Below the pieces are notes generated by a model. That model saw only the letters and a list, made by a program, of their open reading frames with translations, ran no database searches and was not told the origin of the DNA. Positions 25,513-32,000 of a stretch of DNA of 32,000 nt are shown in pieces. The stretch lies in NCBI GenBank assembly GCA_001766815.1, contig LYOS01000002.1, positions 150,001 to 182,000 of the forward strand. Direction: 5' to 3'. Made by a program: the position numbers and the translations under genes. Numbering within the stretch: the first letter of the stretch is position 1; every line of letters begins with the position of its first letter. This DNA comes from Candidatus Syntropharchaeum caldarium. GTDB lineage: Archaea; Halobacteriota; Syntropharchaeia; Syntropharchaeales; Syntropharchaeaceae.

Positions 25513-25706
25513 TGAAAGACGCCACCGCCACTTCATATAACAGAGCATATACGCTATGGGCTAACGCCCTTGCCCTTCGGGTCATTGCCCCCTTCGGTCG
25601 CAACGTCGTATATGCTAGAAACGATAAGCAAAATTCGCACCACCTATGGCGGACGCTTCACAACCCCTTCACATACCCCACCGCCCGTTACCTCCAATTA
25701 CCTGCT
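25513..25706 (+). repeat. Island boundary repeat copy C
   Basis: The 5' arm is AAAGACGCCA (25515-25524), then CCGCCAC, then TTCATATAACA (25532-42). Next come CGCCCTTGCCCTTCGG (25566-25580) with a tandem TTGCCC(CC)TTCGG subrepeat, and CAACCCCTTCACATACCCCACCG (25661-25683). The boxes are ATATAAC (25535-25541) and GTTACCT (25687-25693). Confidence 0.6.
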
Positions 25707-25721
25707 ATGAGATGATCTAAA

Positions 25722-26108
25722 ATGGAAATATCAGGGTACTCGGAAAGAGGAGTAATTAACTCACTATTCCATGAGATAAATTTTTCTCAGAATAATTTAC
25801 AGCTTCTCAATGATTTTTTATCTTTGGTTTCTTTTCCATATCGGACAGTCGTTTTTCAAATATCTGATGCTAAGATATTGATTGAGCAGTCTTTTTCTGA
25901 TTTCGGGGATGCAGATGCGGTGATTCTGGTTAATAATCAAGGTGATAAAGAAGCTGTTTTTATTGAAGCAAAGGTTAAGACTTCTCAAAAACCTTATTGG
26001 AGCATCCTGGAGGAGTTTGAAGATTTCAAGATTGGGATATTAGAAATTGGGGTTACCTTTCCTGGGCTCAGGTTAAAGAATTCTGCGAAGAATATAGTCT
26101 GGGAGTAA
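25722..26108 (+). CDS. PD-(D/E)xK nuclease-like protein, probably C-terminally truncated
   Basis: 128 aa. GDADAVILVNNQGDKEAVFIEAKVK fits D...ExK. The last ~20 codons (from about 26050) lose the character of the rest, and the ORF ends at the island edge. Confidence 0.45.
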   Translation: MEISGYSERGVINSLFHEINFSQNNLQLLNDFLSLVSFPYRTVVFQISDAKILIEQSFSDFGDADAVILVNNQGDKEAVFIEAKVKTSQKPYWSILEEFEDFKIGILEIGVTFPGLRLKNSAKNIVWE

Positions 26109-26175
26109 CATTAAAAACTTTTGAATGGAATGATGGACAAATAGAGAGGTGAGGTAATTCCGTCGTTGATCAGCT

Positions 26176-27264
26176 CTACCCCCTCAACACCCTCTCCACA
26201 ACCTCAAGCACCATCAGGACATCCTTCTCACGGATGTTTCCCATCGTACCTATCCTGAAGATCTTGCCCTTCAACCGCTCCTGTCCGCCTGCAATCACAA
26301 CTCCCATCTTCTTAGCACGACTTCTCAGCTCATCGGCACTGATCCCCTCGGGCATCTTTATCGCTGTGACGGTATTTGAATATCTGCTAACATCATTGAG
26401 ACGCGGAAAGAGTTCAAGCCCCCATTCCTTAACAGCATCCCTCACCATTGAAGCTAAGTGTGTGTGCCGCCTGATCCTGGCATCAACTCCTTCTTCCATC
26501 ACAATATTGATCGCTTCATCCAGCGCATAAAAGAGCGGTAACGCAGGTGTGTATGGTGTCTGTCCCTTATCTGCTGACTTCTTATACGCCTTCAGATCCA
26601 TGTAAAGCGGTGGAGATTCAACCATTCTATCCATTGCGCGTTCACTAACTGAGATCATTGAAAGACCAGGAGGCATACCAAGACACTTCTGTGACCCGAG
26701 AACCGCGATATCAACGCCCCATTCATCAACTCTGACATCTATCCCTCCGATCGAGGTGACACCGTCCATTATAAAGAGTAGATCGTTTTCTCTTGCAATC
26801 TCTGCAATCTCAGGCGCTGGATTGGTGATCCCAGCAGAAGTCTCGTTGTGAACCATCGCTACTGCCTTCAGATCTTTCTCTTCTTCAACTATTCTTCTCA
26901 CATCGTCAGGTTCGATCGGGTCTCCCCATTCATATTCAAGCGGGACGGGGTCGCCATAACGTTTTGCGATCTCATGAAATCGATCCCCAAACTTTCCGTT
27001 TACGATCGTGAGTATCTTTTCATTTTTTATAATATTTGAGATCGCCGCTTCCATTGCGCACGATCCAGAACCACTTAGCACGAAAACATCGTTTTCTGTC
27101 TGCATAATCTCTTTCAGTCCCTTCTCAATCCGTCCAAAGATCTCTTTGAACTCTTCTCCTCTGTGATTGATCATCGGACGGGACATCGCACGCAAAATGC
27201 GTGGTGCAACAGGAACCGGTCCTGGCAACATTATAATCTCATCTTCAAGGTCCATCTTATACAC
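26176..27264 (-). CDS. Class V aminotransferase (serine-pyruvate / alanine-glyoxylate / archaeal phosphoserine aminotransferase type)
   Basis: 362 aa with LPGPVPV N-terminus, GSGSCAMEAA and the PLP-lysine context GSQKCLGMPPGLS. Confidence 0.85.
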   Translation of the reverse strand: MYKMDLEDEIIMLPGPVPVAPRILRAMSRPMINHRGEEFKEIFGRIEKGLKEIMQTENDVFVLSGSGSCAMEAAISNIIKNEKILTIVNGKFGDRFHEIAKRYGDPVPLEYEWGDPIEPDDVRRIVEEEKDLKAVAMVHNETSAGITNPAPEIAEIARENDLLFIMDGVTSIGGIDVRVDEWGVDIAVLGSQKCLGMPPGLSMISVSERAMDRMVESPPLYMDLKAYKKSADKGQTPYTPALPLFYALDEAINIVMEEGVDARIRRHTHLASMVRDAVKEWGLELFPRLNDVSRYSNTVTAIKMPEGISADELRSRAKKMGVVIAGGQERLKGKIFRIGTMGNIREKDVLMVLEVVERVLRG

Positions 27265-27541
27265 CTCTCATCTCTCGTATTTTCACAGCAACCTCTCTCA
27301 AGAGTTTTTCTTTGGATTCAGGCTTTTCAATAAGGATTCTACCCTTTTCGCCCCACCATCGCCTGGGATATGCCTTTTCCTTCTCGATCATGGGTTCAAT
27401 TCCAAGTTTGCGAAGCGCCTTAGCGATCTCTTCAAGCTTCGGGGATTTGACAGAGATTTTTCGCGGTATCCTTCGACCACCACTTCTCGAGACCTTTTTA
27501 TCAAGATATGTGGGCCAGATCACAGTCTCTCGCTTACTCAT
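27257..27541 (-). CDS. srp19: Signal recognition particle protein SRP19
   Basis: 94 aa with [22 protein letters not shown]. It overlaps both neighbours (8 nt and 4 nt). Confidence 0.85.
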   Translation of the reverse strand: MSKRETVIWPTYLDKKVSRSGGRRIPRKISVKSPKLEEIAKALRKLGIEPMIEKEKAYPRRWWGEKGRILIEKPESKEKLLREVAVKIREMRGV

Positions 27542-28713
27542 ACAAGAACCCCCCGTTTTGCTGCAAAGGTCTCAACATCTTTATCTCCCCTGCCCGATAG
27601 GTTGACAACGATGATACCGTCTTTGAACTCATCAGCAATCTTCAATGCATGAGCGAGTGCGTGTGCAGACTCAAGAGCTGGCAGGATCCCCTCTTTTTTA
27701 CACAGAATCTCAAAGGCATCAAGTGTCTCTGAATCGTCCACTGCAACATAGTTAACCCTTCCCTGCTCCTGAAGATAGACGTGCTCGGGTCCCACGCCTG
27801 GATAATCAAGCCCTGGCGCAACTGAGTGTGAGGTCTTGATCTGTCCGTCATCATCCTGAAGGATCTTTGTGAACGCACCATGAAGCACGCCGTCTGTCCC
27901 CATACAGCAGGATGCTGAGTGCATCTCGGTATCAAGCCCCTCTCCTGCGGCTTCAACTCCGATAAGGTTTACATTCATGTCTTTTAAAAAGTCATAGAAT
28001 ATCCCGATCGCATTTGACCCGCCTCCCACACATGCAACAATCGCATCGGGAAGCTTTCCCTCAGATTCAAGTATCTGTCTGCGCGTTTCCTTCCCTATTA
28101 CACGCTGAAACTCACGGACGATCACTGGATATGGATGGGGTCCAACGACCGAACCGATGAGATAGTAAGTATTCTCCACATTTGTGATCCAGTCACGCAT
28201 CGCCTCATTTATCGCATCCTTCAGCGTCCTTGAACCTGTCTCAACAGGAATCACGTTTGCACCCATCAGCTTCATCCTGAAGACGTTCAGCCGCTGGCGT
28301 TCCATATCAACGCTTCCCATGTAGACATCGACTTTCATGCCGAGCGATGCACCTGCTATAGCTGTTGCAATACCATGCTGACCTGCTCCTGTCTCTGCGA
28401 TCAAACGGGTCTTACCCATGTATTTTGCAAGAAGTGCCTGTCCGAGCGTATTGTTCAGCTTGTGCGCACCACCATGCACAAGATCTTCCCGTTTGAGATA
28501 GATCTTACAGCCATATTCTCTGCTTAAGTTTGAACAGAAGTAAAGCGGTGTTTCTCTTCCTGCAAACTCAGTTAAATAATATTCAAGCTCCTTTTTAGAA
28601 TTTTCATCACTGCAGAAGCGTTTAAACGCTGCATCAAGTTCCTTAAGCGATGGAACAAGTATCTCAGGTGCAAACATCCCACCGAACTTCCCAAACTTAC
28701 CTTCACTCACCAT
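27538..28713 (-). CDS. trpB: Tryptophan synthase beta chain
   Basis: [15 protein letters not shown] and HGGAHKLNN (PLP lysine) are present. The start is placed at Met13 of the listed ORF (28713), which has GGAGG about 9 nt upstream. It overlaps the upstream gene by 11 nt. Confidence 0.9.
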   Translation of the reverse strand: MVSEGKFGKFGGMFAPEILVPSLKELDAAFKRFCSDENSKKELEYYLTEFAGRETPLYFCSNLSREYGCKIYLKREDLVHGGAHKLNNTLGQALLAKYMGKTRLIAETGAGQHGIATAIAGASLGMKVDVYMGSVDMERQRLNVFRMKLMGANVIPVETGSRTLKDAINEAMRDWITNVENTYYLIGSVVGPHPYPVIVREFQRVIGKETRRQILESEGKLPDAIVACVGGGSNAIGIFYDFLKDMNVNLIGVEAAGEGLDTEMHSASCCMGTDGVLHGAFTKILQDDDGQIKTSHSVAPGLDYPGVGPEHVYLQEQGRVNYVAVDDSETLDAFEILCKKEGILPALESAHALAHALKIADEFKDGIIVVNLSGRGDKDVETFAAKRGVLV

Positions 28714-29776
28714 CGGGATACGCCTCCACATCATGGTTGAAGATATCACTCATCACACCTGCGACCAGGCCACCTATAGCATCATCGAGAAAGGGACCAA
28801 GCCTTGAGAGGATTCCTGGCTTCTTCTGGTCATACTGTGTGAAGTTGAATAACCCCCTCGATCCTGCAATATACTCTGCGATCGCGATCCCGATAAGCTC
28901 ATCTGCAAGAAGATAAACAGGATCTGGATCATTGAGCCCGCAGATCCTTCCTGCATACACCTCCTCCTCAAGCCTCATCGCGGCGATCATCAGTGATTCG
29001 ATGTTGACATCCATCAGGGCATCTTCGATCCCGGATTTTAACCTACCACTCACAGAAGCTGGATCATCTCCTATGTAGAGCGACATCCCACAATCTACCA
29101 TATCATCGAGATTTATTCCACGCTCATGCAATCGATCGATCACCTTTCGTTTGAGTGGAATCTTCTCCTGAAGCTCGATCGCGTGCCTAACACCTTTTTT
29201 CACTATTTTCCCAATCTCAGCACCGATGGGGGTTGCAAGCCCTGTGTACTCGATTAGATCTGAGTTTTCATCACCAAAAGATGCCACTACCACGCTATCT
29301 GTTGTCGTGCCTGTAACAAACGATGTTCTCTTAATATCTCCTGTTCTTGCGTCAAGATCGATCAGCGCCGCAGTCTTTGCTTCGGTTGCGGTTATTATCG
29401 CATTTGCCATCGCGGCTTCAGTCATAAATCCCGCCGTAAGTAGAATTATATTTATCGTCCCAAAGTCTGCGGTGGCGGGATTTGACAGCCCAGCAGTTAT
29501 TACGGCTGTAACCCCATCCCCCTCTTCAATGACCGCATTTTCCATATCAACCGCCGTCATCATACCGATGCTCTTTTCGGGATTAAAACCCATCTCGCTG
29601 ATCCTCTTTATTAGATCTGCGATCGGATCTTCATGATCATAATCAAGCCCAACATGAACGTTCACGATCGCCGCACACTCACGGTATCCACCGTTGTAAA
29701 CCGCAGAACTCAATGCTCGAAAGCTCTCGCTTGAACTTATCGCAATTGCATCCTCAAACTGCCTTATCTCCCACAT
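28703..29776 (-). CDS. Probable bifunctional adenosylcobinamide amidohydrolase (CbiZ) / alpha-ribazole phosphatase (CobZ, PgpA-like) fusion
   Basis: 357 aa. The N-terminal ~200 aa look CbiZ-like ([10 protein letters not shown]...VNVHV...MMTAV...TINIILL). The C-terminal ~150 aa look PgpA/CobZ-like ([13 protein letters not shown]...[23 protein letters not shown]). A CbiZ-CobZ fusion is described for Methanosarcina mazei. Confidence 0.55.
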   Translation of the reverse strand: MWEIRQFEDAIAISSSESFRALSSAVYNGGYRECAAIVNVHVGLDYDHEDPIADLIKRISEMGFNPEKSIGMMTAVDMENAVIEEGDGVTAVITAGLSNPATADFGTINIILLTAGFMTEAAMANAIITATEAKTAALIDLDARTGDIKRTSFVTGTTTDSVVVASFGDENSDLIEYTGLATPIGAEIGKIVKKGVRHAIELQEKIPLKRKVIDRLHERGINLDDMVDCGMSLYIGDDPASVSGRLKSGIEDALMDVNIESLMIAAMRLEEEVYAGRICGLNDPDPVYLLADELIGIAIAEYIAGSRGLFNFTQYDQKKPGILSRLGPFLDDAIGGLVAGVMSDIFNHDVEAYPDGE

Positions 29777-29781
29777 TCAGA

Positions 29782-30768
29782 TTACACCTCGCGTTCAACG
29801 ACATACTTCGCAAGCTTAACCATCAGTTCCCGTTCACGGCTTGGTGGAATCCGATCAGCGATCGAGAATATCTCTCTGAGAAAAGAATCTGCCACATCTT
29901 TTGCATATTCAAATGCATTGGTCTTCTCAAATATTTTGATTACATCTCTGATCTGCTTTTCGTTATACGGTCTGTTGAGTGACTCGATGATACGCTCTCT
30001 TTCGGCATTCGATCCATTTTTCATGGCGTGCATCAGGATCAGTGTTGGTTTACCTTCAGATATGTCATCACCAATTTTTTTGCCATATTTCTCCTCCTCC
30101 CCTATTAAGTTGAGCAGATCGTCCCGTATCTGGAATGCAATACCAACATTCTCCCACATCTTGAAAAGATCTGATGCGATCGACTCATCAGCCCCCCCTG
30201 CGATCGCCCCACAGTATGCCGACGCACCAAAGAGGGCACCGGTCTTTTTTCTGAGAAGCTCAATCACCCACGCTTCATCTATATCAGGCTGTGATCTGAA
30301 GCTGATATCCATCGCCTGCCCCTCAACAAGTGCCACATGCATTCGGGCAAAGGAAGAAAATATCTTCCACGATCTTTCAAGACCATGTATTGCCCTGCAT
30401 TCCAGAAGAATCTCGTAAGACAACCCGTAAAGTCCATCTCCTGCGTTGAGGGCGAGTGGCATACCATAGATCCTGTGCATTGTCGGCTTGCCCCGCCTGA
30501 GCATGCTGTCATCCTCTATATCATCATGCAGGAGCGTGGAGTTGTGGAATAACTCAAGCGCAACGGCAACAGGAATAACATCTTCAACCCTGCCGCCAAC
30601 AAGTTCTGTTGATAACATAGACAGAACAGGTCTGAGTCGTTTTCCGCCTCGCTCCATCAACTCAATCATAATCTTATAGTGAATCTCAGGAGTTCTACCA
30701 GTTAGGTATCTGGGGTATGACCTCTCAAATAGTTCCCGATACTCACTCAGCTCTTCAATGATCGTCAT
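29782..30768 (-). CDS. Polyprenyl (geranylgeranyl-type) diphosphate synthase
   Basis: 328 aa with a first Asp-rich motif LLHDDIEDDS and a second IRDDLLN. Confidence 0.85.
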   Translation of the reverse strand: MTIIEELSEYRELFERSYPRYLTGRTPEIHYKIMIELMERGGKRLRPVLSMLSTELVGGRVEDVIPVAVALELFHNSTLLHDDIEDDSMLRRGKPTMHRIYGMPLALNAGDGLYGLSYEILLECRAIHGLERSWKIFSSFARMHVALVEGQAMDISFRSQPDIDEAWVIELLRKKTGALFGASAYCGAIAGGADESIASDLFKMWENVGIAFQIRDDLLNLIGEEEKYGKKIGDDISEGKPTLILMHAMKNGSNAERERIIESLNRPYNEKQIRDVIKIFEKTNAFEYAKDVADSFLREIFSIADRIPPSRERELMVKLAKYVVEREV

Positions 30769-32000
30769 CTAAGTGTTATCTCCTGACCGTTTCTCAACAG
30801 ATGTACATCCTCGCCAAGCACATATCCAAGCTCTTCTGCAAGCTCAGCGTAAGAACCTGTCATTGAGAGTGAACCATGTGATGGTATTATATGGGTTGGG
30901 TTCACCATCTTTATCAACTCCCAGTGATCCTCCCGTGCTGCATGTCCTGAGACATGGATGTTGCTGTAAATCCTTGCACCCTTCATTTTCAGTTTTGTCT
31001 CCAGTGCATACCTGTTAGCCGCGTTGAGTGGTGTGGGAATTACCGCAGCTGAAAATATAATTTTATCTCCTTTTTCCACCTCGTATGCTGTATCTCCGTC
31101 GCCTATTCGTGATAGAATCGCCCCTGGCTCACCCTGGTGTCCAGTTACGATCGGCAGGAACTTTTCCTTCCCTTCGATCATGATCTGCTTTAAGGTTTTG
31201 TCAATCTGTCTGCGATCTGATATTACGCTCAATTCATCTGTGAATTTGAGATATCCCATTTTTTTTGCAACCTCTGTGTATCTACCCATCGAACGTCCAA
31301 GAAGTACAGGTTTACGCCCCGCCTTTTTACTTGCCTCTATCACTGATGATATCCGCGCAATATGAGAGGAGAAGGTTGTAACAATCATACCTGCTTCAGC
31401 ATCACCTATTCCTGTCACAACATCCAGTACAAGATCCTTTGCAACTGTCTCCGAAGGAGTTTTACCATTAACATCCACGCGGGTGGACTCAACGATCATC
31501 GCGAGTACACCCTCTTTCCCAAGTCTTCGCAATCTGTTCTCATCAAGAGGATCATCGAGGATTGGGTATCTATCGATCTTAAAATCGTTTGCGTACAGTA
31601 TCGTTCCTTCTGGTGTGTGTAGAGCCGCAAATACGCAGTCGGGGATCGAGTGCTGGACACGGATGAACTCAAGTTCCACCTTATCAGAGATCCTGTAGGT
31701 CTCACCAGCATTTAACCTGATAAGTGTGTTATCAATCCTGAACTTTCGCTCTGATTTGAGTTGCTGGGAGATTAGCTCTGTCGTGAATGGTGTTGCGATT
31801 ATGGGTGCTTTGTAGCGGTGTGCAAGCTTTGAGATCGCCCCAATATGATCTAAATGCCCGTGTGTGCAGATGATCGCAATCACGTTCCCATCGATCTGGT
31901 TCATGATCGTATCATCCGGTATTGCACCCATCTGGATCAGGTCGAGCGAGTGCATCCGTTCTATCTCAACATCTTCGTGGATCTGCACCCGATCGAGCCT
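30765..32000 (-). CDS. Ribonuclease J-like beta-CASP metallo-beta-lactamase, 5' partial (continues beyond the window)
   Basis: THGHLDHIG (HxHxDH), HVSGHAAREDH and IIPSHGS motifs are present. The frame remains open upstream of the listed GTG to position 32000. Confidence 0.7.
   Translation of the reverse strand, partial: RLDRVQIHEDVEIERMHSLDLIQMGAIPDDTIMNQIDGNVIAIICTHGHLDHIGAISKLAHRYKAPIIATPFTTELISQQLKSERKFRIDNTLIRLNAGETYRISDKVELEFIRVQHSIPDCVFAALHTPEGTILYANDFKIDRYPILDDPLDENRLRRLGKEGVLAMIVESTRVDVNGKTPSETVAKDLVLDVVTGIGDAEAGMIVTTFSSHIARISSVIEASKKAGRKPVLLGRSMGRYTEVAKKMGYLKFTDELSVISDRRQIDKTLKQIMIEGKEKFLPIVTGHQGEPGAILSRIGDGDTAYEVEKGDKIIFSAAVIPTPLNAANRYALETKLKMKGARIYSNIHVSGHAAREDHWELIKMVNPTHIIPSHGSLSMTGSYAELAEELGYVLGEDVHLLRNGQEITLR

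Noticed and set aside
18931-25706. The recurring repeats in the island could be a CRISPR array.
   Set aside because: The copies are 115-195 nt long and non-identical. They are separated by kilobase-scale gene modules rather than 30-40-nt spacers. No cas genes are present.
18883-26175. The island borders might carry direct repeats or att sites, for example AAGAATTAAAG at about 18904 against TTAAAGAATTC at about 26073.
   Set aside because: The matches are short, AT-rich and offset, so they are compatible with chance. There is no integrase or tRNA fragment to support an integrative-element model.

Overview
The window is a chromosomal segment from a methanogen- or ANME-type euryarchaeon. This follows from a formylmethanofuran dehydrogenase fwdDBAC operon, archaeal-type SRP19, RNase J and FtsZ, and a CbiZ-CobZ fusion of the kind known from Methanosarcinales. 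Most of the window is densely packed housekeeping DNA with many 4-nt start/stop overlaps. On the left are hemB, glnA with a divergent lrp, an RHH gene followed by ftsZ, trpC, ade, pyrBI, tRNA-Leu(CAG), wtpA and fwdDBAC. On the right, all on the minus strand, are a class V aminotransferase, SRP19, trpB, cbiZ-cobZ, a polyprenyl synthase and RNase J. I saw no rRNA gene and no CRISPR array. The interesting part is an AT-rich accessory island of about 7.3 kb (about 18.9-26.17 kb) in which every gene is on the + strand. It holds (1) a decayed restriction-modification-like module: a frameshifted SPPY DNA methyltransferase plus a ~399-aa PD-(D/E)xK-like gene split by an IS630-family element; (2) a HEPN/MNT toxin-antitoxin pair; (3) a tightly coupled three-gene operon of unknown function, whose first gene looks TIGR04255-like; and (4) an apparently truncated PD-(D/E)xK nuclease-like gene. 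Every module boundary carries a copy of a GC-rich, hairpin-forming repeat family. Each copy has an AAC-ending box followed 80-160 nt later by a GTT-starting box. The AAC box that closes a module is the exact reverse complement of the GTT box that opens the same module, not of the GTT box in its own repeat. That chained pattern is what integron-type gene cassettes produce. I therefore flag the island as a candidate integrase-less cassette array (CALIN-like), or a related and possibly undescribed site-specific cassette system. All calls rest on reading the sequence and the ORF translations by eye; no database search was run.
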